Of a DNA stretch of 64,000 bases, positions 38,349 through 52,887 are shown piece after piece. Source of the DNA: Octopus vulgaris. Its lineage: Eukaryota. The notes beneath the pieces were generated by a model, which did no database searches, was not told where the DNA came from, and was given only the letters and a program-made list of their open reading frames with translations. The position numbers were made by a program, and so were the translations under genes. Each line of letters starts with the position of its first letter. Within the stretch, counting starts at the first letter, position 1. The stretch spans positions 27,032,001 through 27,096,000 of the forward strand of contig OX597819.1 in NCBI GenBank assembly GCA_951406725.2. Reading direction: 5' to 3'.

Positions 38349-38553
38349 TATGTGGACAATAATGTAATCTTGAGTTTACCCAACACAGGAAAAAGATAGG
38401 ACGTTCAAAGCTGGGATACCTGATGAAAGGTCTGCTCTGTCAGGATCGACTTGAGGCTAAGTGTAACAAAGCCATCATCACTGCTAGGAAAACTACCACC
38501 AACACCACTAATATCTAAACATCAATATCATTACCGGCATCAGTATCTGCAAC

Positions 38554-38988
38554 CAGGGCCCGATTAAGACCCATCGAGGCCCTAAGCACTTAAAAGATGT
38601 TGGTGCCCCCATGTAAGATTATGTAATTCAAAATAGAAACAACAACAACAATCCATAAAATAATTTTTTATTTTTCAAAACGAAACAAAACAGTAAGAGG
38701 GAAAATAATGTTTATTTTTGTATACTTCCACTTTATATTTGAAAAGTTTCCTCCTACTTTTTGGAATTGCAAAGTCTTTGATTAGATCCTCAAAATTAAT
38801 TTTGGGTAACACATCTGCAACTATACTTAGCAGAGGTAAAGGCATCCCGAATATTATTTTAGCAAGTTTACAGTGATTTCTTTTGTACCGTGAACCATTT
38901 ACCATTTCTATGGTGCCCCCTCCTTCCCTTGGTGCCCTAAGCGGCGCGTAGCACGTGCTTATTTTGCTTAACGGTTAATCCAGCACTG
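38554..38988 (-). mobile_element. hAT (Tip100-like) deletion derivative retaining the transposase C-terminal end
   Basis: TIRs CAGGGCCCGATTAA / TTAATCCAGCACTG. 8-bp flanks tctgcaac / cctccaac. Peptide LLSIVADVLPKINFEDLIKDFAIPKSRRKLF resembles the end of a hAT dimerisation domain. Confidence 0.78.
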
Positions 38989-39159
38989 CCTCCAACACCG
39001 ACCCCACTATGCCTACCACTATCAAGAACATCACTAACAGCATCAGCATTGACATCAACATCACGAACAACAGTAATAACGTTGCAGGCAAACAGTAACG
39101 CCCACACCAAAATTACTCCGAATAATACGACCTACACACACACACACACACACACACAG

Positions 39160-39350
39160 ATTCGCTTGATCACGCGATTACAAAATACTAAAATTCGTGT
39201 TGACTTCACATGTAAGACAATACTATCATTTACGAAACATACAGAGGACATAATAGCCAAAGGACAAACAGTAATTCTTAAAGCTTCCACCAACCTGAAA
39301 CTTGATCAAATTATTGAGAATTTGGCACTGGTGTACAAATGTTATATAAC
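39160..39350 (+). mobile_element. Highly decayed LINE RT-thumb fragment
   Basis: KIRVDF...LSFTKHTEDIIAK...ILKA.TN......NLALVYKCYI resembles the K.LGV.FD..L.F..H...LY..YI region. Confidence 0.45.
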
Positions 39351-40333
39351 AATGACCACACTGTAACCTTTGACTGAGGGCAATGACTCAGGAATTTCCC
39401 CTATGTGCGTGTGTGTGTGTGTGTGCCATTGTCAATTACCAGACAACATAAATTCTTCGTTTATTAAAATTATCATCGCCTCCTCTAGAGGATGCACCAT
39501 AATTACAAAGGGACATTTGAGACCAGTTCCACTTGAGAAGGGGAGATAACATCAAGAATTAAAAATTCTCTGCAACTAACAAGCCATGAAAATCAGGGGC
39601 AGATTTGTTGTTTGAAAATAAATGACCTGTTATGGATATGTGCTTCTGATTCAAATAGCCATCAACACTACGGCATTCGTCCGACTTTATCTCCACCAGC
39701 GAAGGGACTTATACAAAAAAAGAGTAGAAAATATTTGTTGGCTGGGCAATTTGCATCTTATGATAATTTTGCTTGTCATTGCGTTACTTAGCCCGTCAGT
39801 AACGCTCTCACGTGATTAGAGAAAGAGAAAATAAGATGTCTGTGTTTGTATGTAAATATACTAATCAACCTATGCAATCTCCTCTCAGAGTTCCCTGTTC
39901 AACTATGACAAAAACAATTTTATTTTATTAACTAGCCTGAATTCAGGCTAAGTTTTTTTTTTTAGCTCAATGTGAATCGACAACAGATTAATTGAACTGT
40001 TATAGAGTCGAGTTTCTGAAGATAAAACCTGCATGATACATCGTCCAGAATTTAATCCACAGCGAAGTTTGAGATAGTAACACAGTGTGAATTTGCTTCA
40101 CTTCTCTACATAGATACATATATTTAAAATTTTAGAAACCAATAATTTATTAATGTATGGTTGTGTGGTATTTAATGTCCTGTGAATGCATGGAAATCTT
40201 ATCCGTTTCCAGACTAGGACTTTATAGTTAGCGATCACTTATTACAAAAGATCGCTACAATAGAATATGACTACTGTCTTCGTTCTCATACAAAATTGTA
40301 TCATTTTAAAAACATTGAAGTTCTTGATATATT

Positions 40334-40904
40334 CTTTTCTACTCTAGACGCAAGGCCTGAAATTTTGGGAGAGGGGGCCAGTACGCAACTGGTACTTAAT
40401 TTGTCGACCCCGACAGGATGGAAAGCAAAGTCGACCTTCGCGGAATTTGGACTGAGATCGTAAAGACAGACGAAAAACCGTTAAGCATTTCGCCCGGCGT
40501 GCTAACGTTTCTTATTTCTTTATTGCCCACAAGGGGTTAAACTTAGAGGGGACAAACAAGGACAGACAAAGGGATTAAGTCGATTACATCGACCTCAGTG
40601 CGTATATGGTACTTAATTTATCGACCCCGAAAGGATGAAAGGCAAAGTCGACCTCGGCGGAATTTGAACTCAGAACGTAACGGCAGACGAAATACCTATT
40701 TCTTTACTACCCACAAGGGGCTAAACATAGAGGAGATAAACAAGGACAAAGGAATTAAGTCGATTATATCAACCCCAGTGCGTAACTGATACTTATTTAA
40801 TCGACCCCGAAAGGATGAATGGCAAAGTCGACCTCGGCGGAACTTGAACTCAGAACGTAAAGCATTTCGCCCGGCGTGCTAACGCTTCTGCCAACTCGCT
40901 GCCT
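40334..40904 (-). mobile_element. SINE family B multimer
   Basis: Three units. TSD ttgaagttctWgatatatt. Confidence 0.88.
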
Positions 40905-41393
40905 TTGAAGTTCTAGATATATTATATCAGAAAGAAAAAAAAGAAGCGGCACAATGAAGGTTGGAAATCATATCTTATGTGTGCTCGATCAGTGTTGACA
41001 TCTGGTTAATCAACCACAATAACAACAGCTTTGATCCTAATCACACATTTGCAACAAAGGCGGCCAACTAGGCGCATTACCACAACTGTCCCGTTGTCAT
41101 TCGACCGGCTAAAAGTAGCAGCCAAATATCTATCAATTGACACCTCAACGTCCCACGAAAGAGGACGCATGAGATTACGTGACCCTGAGTAAATTCTTCA
41201 GTGTGTCAGCGAAAGAAAAGAAATTTATCCAGAATAACCATGAGCGTACATTCAGGTTAATACCATACACAACAAAACCCTTTAGCATTAGAAGAAGCTA
41301 ACTAGCAAGGTGGTTGCTTTACTAGTTTGAAGTAATAGCCGTGGCTCCTAATCACATCCTACCATTTCAAAAGTAAACACTTTGGATAATGTG

Positions 41394-41806
41394 TTGTGTG
41401 GTAAGTAGCTTGCTTACAAACCACATGGTTCCGGGTTCAGTCTCACTGCGTGGCACCTTGGGCAAGTGTCTTCTACTATAGCCACAAGCCGACCAAAGCC
41501 TTGTGAGTGGATTTGGTAGACGGAAACTGAAAGAAGCCCGTCGTAAATATGTACATATTTATGTGTATATGTTTGTGTGTCAGTGTTTGCCCCCCCCCAC
41601 CACCACCACCATCATTTGACAACCGATGCTGGTGTCCGATGCTGTTACTTCCCCGTAACTTAGCGGTTCGGCAAAATAGACCGATAGAATACGTACTAGG
41701 CTTACAAAGAGTCCTGTAGTCCTGGGGTCGATTTTTGCTCGACTAAAGGCGGTGCTCCAGCATGGCCACAGTCAAATGACTGAAACAAGTAAAAGAGTAA
41801 AAGAGT
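41394..41806 (+). mobile_element. SINE family A
   Basis: A consensus. Confidence 0.9.
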
Positions 41807-42009
41807 GCATAAAAAAAGACAAGGTGGTCACGGATAGATTACATTTGATTATAAGTCTGGTCATTCAGGATTAACCTGGAAACTAAACAACACCTACAGA
41901 AACCTTAATGGAGACATTTGCTTTGCTTTGTTTTGTTTTGTTTTTTTTTTTGGTCATGTCTGGAATGCTTAGTAGTAGTAGTAGTAGTTTTGCTGTAGTT
42001 TAGCTAGAA

Positions 42010-42040
<31 letters not shown>

Positions 42041-42061
42041 TTTGCTGTAGTTTAGCTAGAA

Positions 42062-42108
<47 letters not shown>

Positions 42109-42139
42109 CTGTAGTTTAGCTAGTAGTTTAGTAGTAGTG

Positions 42140-42182
<43 letters not shown>

Positions 42183-42458
42183 TAGTAGTAGTAGTGCCTC
42201 ATCACTATTACTATCATCACCAGTTATCTTTATTAATAGCAGCATCACCATCGCCACCATCACCATTAATATGAAAGAGAAATACCTGCCTTCTCCTGTT
42301 CCATTATGTTTGGGCGTGATATGTGCGTCTGTGTGTATACATATGTGCGCGCGTGTGTATGTGTGTGTGTGCGTGTATGTGTGTGTGTGTGTGTGTGTCT
42401 ATATATTTGTCCATAAGTGTCCATGGGTACATGTGTGTGAATATGTATATATATTATA

Positions 42459-42509
<51 letters not shown>

Positions 42510-43099
42510 CGCGCGCGTCTGTGTGTGTTTATGTGTGTTTGTGTATGTATGTATATATGTGTATATACATATATAAATATATATATAAATTTAAATATAT
42601 ATATATATATATATACGCGCGCGTCTGTGTGTGTTTACGTGTGTTTGTATATGTATGTATATATGTGTTTGTGTGTATATATATATATATATTTATATAT
42701 ATATGCGTGTGTTTGAGTAAATATCTATCTCTATATATGTGTGGTGTGTATGTATGGTTATGTATGTATGTATTACGTATATATTTCTATGTGGCTGCTT
42801 ATTTATGTGTGTTTTATGACTCTGTGTGTGTGTGTGTGTGTTAATAAATGCATATTTACACTGTTAATATACATTTCTAAAGTAATTATGTTGTTCCAGC
42901 TGCAGCTATTGATGCTTCCCCTAGTTGTTGTTGTTGCTGTTGTTGTTGTTGTCGCTTGTCGCGTGTCCGCGTTGGATATTAACATTTATGACTGCAGGTG
43001 TCTGCATGTGCCTGGCTTACTTAATTATATGCTTCTTTCTCTCTCTCTCGCCTGTCTGACCGCCTCTTTGTCTGCTCAGGTGTATACATGCGCGTGAAT

Positions 43100-43238
43100 G
43101 TGAGTGTACGTGTGTGTGTGCGTGTGTGTTGAGTGTGTGTGTGTATGCGTGTGTATGTGTGTGTGTGTATGCGTGTGTATGTGTGTGTGTGTGTGTATGT
43201 GTGTGGGTATGTGTGTGTGTATGTGTGTGTGTATGTGT

Positions 43239-43289
<51 letters not shown>

Positions 43290-43344
43290 TGTGTGTGTGT
43301 GTGTATGTGTGTGTGTGTGTGTGTATGTGTGTGTGCGTGTGTGT

Positions 43345-43388
<44 letters not shown>

Positions 43389-43543
43389 TGTGTATGTGTA
43401 TGTGTGTGCGTGTGTGTGTATGTGTGTGTATGTGTGTGTGTGTGGTGTGACCGTCTATAGTTCTGCTTAGGTGTGTGCATGAACGTGAATGTGTGTGTGT
43501 GTATTTATGAGAAGAATATATTTCTGTGCTTGTGTGAGTGCGT

Positions 43544-43615
<72 letters not shown>
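43100..43615. repeat. (TG)n-rich microsatellite
   Basis: Directly visible in the sequence. Confidence 0.95.
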
Positions 43616-43617
<2 letters not shown>

Positions 43618-43749
43618 TTTTCCAATGTCTAGCCAGGAGCGCTGTCGTCTTTGCAAACTGTAAGGCAAGCATGCTGCTCTGGTCTGTTGTGTGACTTGAC
43701 CGTGACAAATACGAGTGGACAACAGTTTAATAGGTGGACCCGAAAAATG

Positions 43750-43958
43750 CTGAAAATAGATGGCTGTTGATAATAAAGGCACTGTTGAGAATGAAAGGAT
43801 TTGGATAATAGCACCATTTGATGATACATTATTGATATTAGAAGAGTAATAGTAATAGAGCTGTTTCTAGCAGAATGACAATTGATAATAATAATAATAA
43901 TAATGATAATAATAATAATAATAATAATAATCAATAATAATAATAATAATAATCATCA

Positions 43959-44003
<45 letters not shown>

Positions 44004-44561
44004 CATGCCCTGATGCAGTACCAGGCAGTGGCTCTCATGGCTTCTGATCTTAACTGATTGGAAGTGTTATCATGTACATTGTTTTGTCTTGGTATAAAAG
44101 ATGGGCTACAGCAAATATCCTGCTCAATACCACAGATTTGCTTGTCAGTTGTTTGACCTTAACCAGTTGAGCATGTCCCTTAGTGGCTGACAATATGTGC
44201 ATCTCTGATCACGAGAGAGAAGTAGTCGGGGAGCATCATAGCCATGTGTTGAGAGGGATTCTTTGGGGTTGGGATAATTCACCTTTGGAAACATGGGTGT
44301 TTCATTCAACATCCTTAACCAATCCTTATTCAGGGACCTTTTGAGCAGGATGGGCTACTCGACGAGAACAAAATTCTAACTGGGCCCCACCTGCAAGGTC
44401 ATGCGGTGTTTATCTTGATATGAGATCACCATGTCACGCCCATATGGTTGTGATGCATGTACCTAGCGTACTCTTATCAGACGGGTAGTCATGATGGGTG
44501 TACTGGGATTTGTATATTTTACCCCATGGTCACTTTGATGGCATGCACTGCTCTCTCACTC

Positions 44562-44620
<59 letters not shown>

Positions 44621-45240
44621 TAATAATAATAATAAAACTATTGATAATATTATAACTATTGATAATTGATAGATATTAACAAAAAGGTTGTTGACAATGA
44701 AGGAACACTCATAATAGAAAGACGTTGTTAAAAAGGCTGTTGATAATAGAAGGTCGTTGATAATGGACTTGGTAATAGCATTGTTGAAAAATATTAATAA
44801 CAGAAAGGTTGATGATAACAGGGCTGTTGGAAATAGAAGGACGTTGATAATAAAACGCTTGATAATTCTATATTAAAATAAAAATATTATGGTAATAGGA
44901 CTTTTCATAATAGAACGACTATTGGTAATGCTAAATCTGTTGATAATGAAGAATGTTGAAATTAGATGATTGTTGATAATGATGGTCTGTTCATGAAAGA
45001 AGGACGTTGGTAATAAGACTGTTGCGAACAGGACTGTTGATACCAAGCATGATAACAGGAGGATTGGCTGTAATATATTGCAGATACATATCTGTTGGTA
45101 ACAAAATGATTTGATAACAGTAAAACTATTGATAGAACAAGTTTTGGCAATACAAGGTTGTTGACAAAAGACGAATATTGACTATGAAGGACTTGGTAAT
45201 AGAAATAGAATAGTCATACTATAAGGATATCAATGATGGA
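43750..45240. repeat. Decayed ~20-bp minisatellite (GTTGATAATAGAAGG-like), interrupted by (TAA)n and the 44004-44561 insert
   Basis: Recurrent ttgataat / ttggtaat / ttgacaat motifs at ~20-bp spacing on both sides of the insert. Confidence 0.6.
44004..44561 (+). mobile_element. ~560-bp non-coding insert within (TAA)n, possibly the 3' end or a derivative of a (TAA)n-targeting retroelement
   Basis: Complex sequence sharply bounded by (TTA)n on the left and (AAT)n on the right. Confidence 0.5.
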
Positions 45241-45370
45241 CTTTATACCGTATTTCCCGGCGAATAAGAGGGACTCTCAAATATGATGCAAAATATCATT
45301 CAATACGTGTATGATGAAATAGACAGAATTTGTTTTGTTCCTCAAAACAATCTTGTAAAATAGAGAGATG

Positions 45371-45402
<32 letters not shown>

Positions 45403-45480
45403 GGTCGCCATGATAGATCGTTAGTCACTACACACATATTTTTTCTTTCCTTGTTTCTCTACTTGTTTTTTCTGTGTCCC

Positions 45481-45514
45481 TTTCTGTAGAAGAGCGTAGG
45501 CTCGAAACGTAAAA
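45481..45514 (+). ncRNA. Minimal hammerhead-like motif (CUGUAGA core) in the (TA)n-flanked insert 45403-45610
   Basis: UUU-CUGUAGA-A-GAGC-guag-GCUC-GAA-ACGU-A-AAA. Confidence 0.6.
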
Positions 45515-45606
45515 TACTTTTTCTATTCCTGAGCGTTATACTAATACATCCGTTTGTTTTGTACACCACCTGCCTTCGTCTTTTATTGTTTTTTTTCGTA
45601 AACTCT

Positions 45607-45648
<42 letters not shown>

Positions 45649-46070
45649 ATCCCTCGCCTATCGCGGGTGTTGTTGAAAGGAATGTTAATTTCATTTGGCT
45701 ATCAGTCATTTGCAATGAGTGAATGACAACAGTATCCATAGCAGTGATACACCACCCTGGTGACCGAACACGGTTACAAAAAATACCATAGTCAAAAACA
45801 TGAGTTTCACATCCTCTATGGCAATTCTCTTGAGCTTAAAGCTGAAATACGATACTCGTATATCGGATAAATTTATGGTTTTATACTTTAATCCTGTATA
45901 CTTCTACAATACTGTACTTACATGCAGAGAATCAGATACACAAATACATTGTATTTTCTATAATATATATTTGTTTTCTGTATTTTTTCTATTATATATG
46001 TATGTTTTTGTTGATTTTTGTTCTATAATATATATATTTGGTTTTTTGTTTTCTTTTGTTCTTTTTTCAG

Positions 46071-46168
46071 AAAAAGGAACATTTAATGTGTTGCGGGGTC
46101 GAACTTGGGACAAAGAGGCACAGGAATTCGTGAAGAGAAGAATCAAACTTGAAGAACAAGCATCGTGA
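46071..46168 (+). CDS. BAIAP3: Terminal coding exon of the same gene (stop TGA)
   Basis: Long pyrimidine tract ending ttttttcag|. G+AA=Glu joins in frame. Translates KGTFNVLRGRTWDKEAQEFVKRRIKLEEQAS*, resembling the L.GR..D.EAQ.FV tail of BAIAP3/UNC13D. Confidence 0.9.
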
Positions 46169-46988
46169 AGACAACTAAGATGAAGAAAAGAAAATGATAG
46201 TTAAAAAAAAAAATAATAAAAAATAAACAAAAACATACCAAACCAAACAACACAAATACAGAAGACAAGAAAAGCAGAATAACATCAAAGACAATAACAA
46301 AAAGGAAATTAACCATCCAACAAAAACAAAAATCTAAGCCATTCCATTGACCAGTATTCCATGGATGACTCCGTGGAGCACTCCGTGTATCATTCCGTGT
46401 ACCATTCCATAGACCATAATATAGAACCTTGCATTTGTTCATTTTGTTCCTAGTATATCATATATAATCGTAAACATACCATGTGACATGCTTCCCCTCC
46501 ACACCACCACGCCTTTTTTGTTACTATACAGTTGACACTGTGTCCTTGCCATTCATTTATAGTGCTCTCCCTATCTGTCTCTCTTACTCTATCTCTTTCT
46601 CCGCTTTTTCTTTCCTCTCTCTCTCTCTCTCTCTCTCTCACTTTCTCTACCTTCCTCTCTCTCTCTCTCTCTCTTTCTCTCACACACACACACATATTGT
46701 ACCTTTGTATCCACCCTTTGCTTTATCCCCTCCTGTATTTCGAATGTATCTGATCAAGTGTCGAAGAATGGATCAGAGCAGGGCGTGTTGAATGAAGGAT
46801 TGGCATACAAAGAATAAGAAAATGAAAGAAAAGAAAGTTAAAAGATACAGAAAGAGCCGTGCAGAGTTAAAGAACGTGTCTGAAATGAAGATAGAATACT
46901 TGAGAGACAGTGAAAGAAAGATAGAAAGTGTCTGGGATACAGAGGTGACGATAGAAAGAGATCGTGGTTGATAAGGACAGGTATACAT

Positions 46989-48450
<1,462 letters not shown>

Positions 48451-48508
48451 AGAGACATGTAGGGAGCTGAAAGAAGATGTAAGAAGGAAAGTGCCAATAA
48501 TAATAAAC

Positions 48509-48544
<36 letters not shown>

Positions 48545-48926
48545 TAATAATGATTATAATAATGACAATGATAATAGCAGTAATTAAAAATCAAAAAGAA
48601 TGCAGAGTAATTTAAGAGAAAAGACTTGGAAGATAACATTACCATATGTGATTAGGTGGAAATAGGTAAGAAATATATAATCGTATCAAAGAGTTCAAGT
48701 TGATTCTTTGGTAAAATCAGTTGTGATAGGAACTCGTTCTTTATATTAGATGGAATTAGTTTAATGGGAGTAGAGGTGGGAGCTGTCTCACACCGCACTC
48801 AGTCTTGCCATTATTGCTTCAGGTTGCTACTCCCCGTCAAACTACATAACAGCAACACCCCCACCCATCCTACGTAATATCGCAATATATTATTGGATTT
48901 GTAAACAACGCATGTATGTGTATATA

Positions 48927-48979
<53 letters not shown>

Positions 48980-49003
48980 ATATATATATGTATATATATG
49001 TAT

Positions 49004-49121
<118 letters not shown>

Positions 49122-49128
49122 GTATATG

Positions 49129-49173
<45 letters not shown>

Positions 49174-49174
49174 G

Positions 49175-49231
<57 letters not shown>

Positions 49232-49232
49232 A

Positions 49233-49487
<255 letters not shown>

Positions 49488-49581
49488 CTCTCCCGGGTTA
49501 AATCGCAGCCGACCGGCGAACAAGCAAAGCACATGTGTATGTGTTACAACACTTGCTTGCGTTGTTCCTAATAAATATTTG

Positions 49582-49662
<81 letters not shown>

Positions 49663-50993
49663 AAGAGCAACTAATTAAGAATTTGCAATTACAAGCCAAT
49701 AATGGAACTGTGAAGCTATTACGTACAAAGTTTCTAAAATGTTTTACGTATTACACGCGTAGACTCCATATAAGCATACGTAGATGTATGCATTCGTAAG
49801 TGAAACATAGATTCATGCACATATACATATATACATTCGACAATACAACTTCGGTAATGGAGGACAAAAAAATTCAATTAATCATGAAAATGTTCTAGAT
49901 TAAGATTTAATGATTTAAGAAAAACGTATTTAACCGAAAGAAAAACACTGCCTTATATTTCACTAATAATCTGTTTTTTCCATTATTTACCACCATGTGA
50001 TGTAGAAGCAGAAAGGAATTGGTGCAGTAAACTGAAACTAAGTCAGACTGTTTTTGTTTTTGCGATAATGCGGTTTGCCTCAAATCCGAAGGTGTTGATT
50101 ACTCTCTAAATAAATTTCATTTCATATCTCTCAGACAATAATCAAGATGAATACCAGATATATATATATATATAGGGATTAGTATGCGACGGAGGTGGTG
50201 TATTAGGATGAGTATTGCCGTCGATTGTAACAAATATAAAAACGAAGACATCAAAGATGGATCAAATGAATACATGATGTAATTTCGATTCATGATTAAA
50301 GCCAATTCACTTAAAATCCCCACATTTTATCACAATTTCCTACATTTTTACATTTTTACAATCCTCTACAATTTCACTGCAATTTGCTATTATATTCATT
50401 ACATTTTTACTAAACTCTTCAATAATCCACTGCAATTAGCAACAATCCATTACATTTTCTACACTCCTCTACAATTTACCGTAACTCGCTACGTTTTACT
50501 ACAGTTAAATATAGTTTGCTACATTTCACTACAGTTTATTACAATTCGCAATATTTTGTTACAAATCGCTACATTTTATGATTAAATACATACGTTCTTC
50601 GGTCCATTGCAATCGCAACACTGACCACGAGTCTGGTCCATAATCCCAGCCCTTCGTCCTCCTATAAACAGCTACAAATGATAGAGCAGAGTGGTAAACG
50701 ATCCTCTGTCTATCATATTTACACCCATCCCTCTTCTACCGCGGTTATATAGACCTATCAAAATGGCACTGCCATAAACGAACATTATTCAATAGACACA
50801 TAATCAACAGCATCGGTTAACAGAACCACAGAAAACAGTAACAAATATAGAGCTTCATTTATATAACAATTACGACAACAAGAGAAGCAGCAATACTCCC
50901 AGATTTATAGAAAAGTATAAAAAACATTTATGAAAACTATGCTAACATAATTTTTCCACATTCTTTTCCCAATGCCGACATGAAATATATACA

Positions 50994-51058
<65 letters not shown>

Positions 51059-51617
51059 GTATGTGTGTATATATAATGAAAAATAGGCCTGTATACTCTA
51101 GAAATGAAAATTCAAAATAATGGAGAAAGACATGTTCGATATCTAGCAAAAAAGATCTTTGCGCTTTCTAGATGATGGATACCAACCATGTTCTAAGCGT
51201 CGAAATCCTAATGATTCTGGAACAAAATTTAGCTAATAAAATAGGTTTATCCGTATCTGTATTTTGTGCTTTCCGTTAGATGTAATAAACGTCTTTCACC
51301 ATTAATTAAGGGTGTGTGTGTGTGTTTGTGTACATACACGTATATGCATGTATGTGTGTAGAGGCATATACATAATATATACGAGAGAGTGAGAGAAATA
51401 TGGATATATAGAGGTATGTCTATTGTAGTCTGTTAACTGTGTGCGTATGTTAGCGGACATGTTTACCCCTATGTTGGGTTGTACAATCGTAAACAACCCA
51501 CTTTGGAGCGAAAGATATAGATATACATTTAAATTCATATACGTACATGAATATACATTTACACATACACAATTATGCATATATACGTGTATATGTATAC
51601 ACGCATGTATATACAGA

Positions 51618-51674
<57 letters not shown>

Positions 51675-52080
51675 TTATGCATGCATATATATATACACAC
51701 GCATACACATAAAATGTTATATATACAGATTTGGTCATTTTCTCTCGATAACGGAACTGTCAATTTATAGTTAGGAATGGGAAATAGTTCTAATGTATCT
51801 TTCGCCAAATTGTTGCTTTTCAGAGCAGTGAAGTTTAACACGAACATATATACAGACGAAATGTAGGTAGTGTTCTTGGGAGAATATTCTGTTTTTAGAT
51901 GCAGACAGGCACAAACAACAAATAACGAAAATACAATACACGTTAGACGCTTACACCCCTCATACTCATTCAGAGTTTCAAATTCCTTGGGTTTTAATTA
52001 TATATAAATATATACACTTCGTCTTTGCGTAATGACCGACCACTAGACACAAATATATATATATGTTATATATATATATG

Positions 52081-52136
<56 letters not shown>

Positions 52137-52170
52137 TTGGTTTTTATATAATGACCCTCCCTAGATACAG

Positions 52171-52200
<30 letters not shown>

Positions 52201-52203
<3 letters not shown>

Positions 52204-52600
52204 AGAACGATCCACTCGACTGATTCGCATAAACTTAAAGAGATGTTTTCCAACCTCTGGTCTACAAGTGCCGCTGTCTCCTCCTTTGCCTTTTCTACTG
52301 ATGCTATTATAATGTCATTTGCTCCACGGAGCAATCCTCACTTGAGTATTCTCAGCACATTTGTCTCTTCTACTATCATCACACATGTGTCAAACCAAGA
52401 TTAGGTCCTCACTAACTACTACGCCGCCCCGTCCTTCCTTCCCAGGAAGTCGACCGTCTGGAATTCCCTTTTGCCTCATGCCTTTCCTGCTGATGTTGAT
52501 TTACAAAGATTCAAGAGGAAAATTAATGGCATTGATCTGACCAGCCTAGGCCAGACCAATGCCATTGGCACTGGTCATACCTCTATCAACAAGTAAAGCA
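52201..52600 (+). mobile_element. Decayed CR1/Zenon-like LINE 3' end
   Basis: SFLPRKSTVWNSLLPHAFPADVDLQRFKRKIN resembles the SF.PRT..LWNSLP..VFP...L..FK..VN ORF2 terminus. Confidence 0.7.
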
Positions 52601-52836
52601 TATATTTGTGTGAATACACACACACATCTATGTGTGTAATTATATATATATATGCATATGCATAAATATACTTCTATGTACATATATGTATATGTGTATA
52701 TACATGAATACATGCGTAAGTTTATAAATGTGTGCATATATATATTAGTAGGTATACGTATAAATATATGTGTATATATATGTGTGTCGTACTTGCATGT
52801 GTTTACAAATATATTGATATATATAAATATCTGTAT

Positions 52837-52887
<51 letters not shown>

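Noticed and set aside
45646-45670. Tigger-like TIR start (tagtaatccctcgcctatcgcggg), and taccgtatttcccggc at 45246
   Set aside because: These are single ends with no partner TIR, too short to call an element.
50320-50585. 97-aa ORF 50292-50585
   Set aside because: It is a decayed TTACA-rich tandem repeat, not coding.
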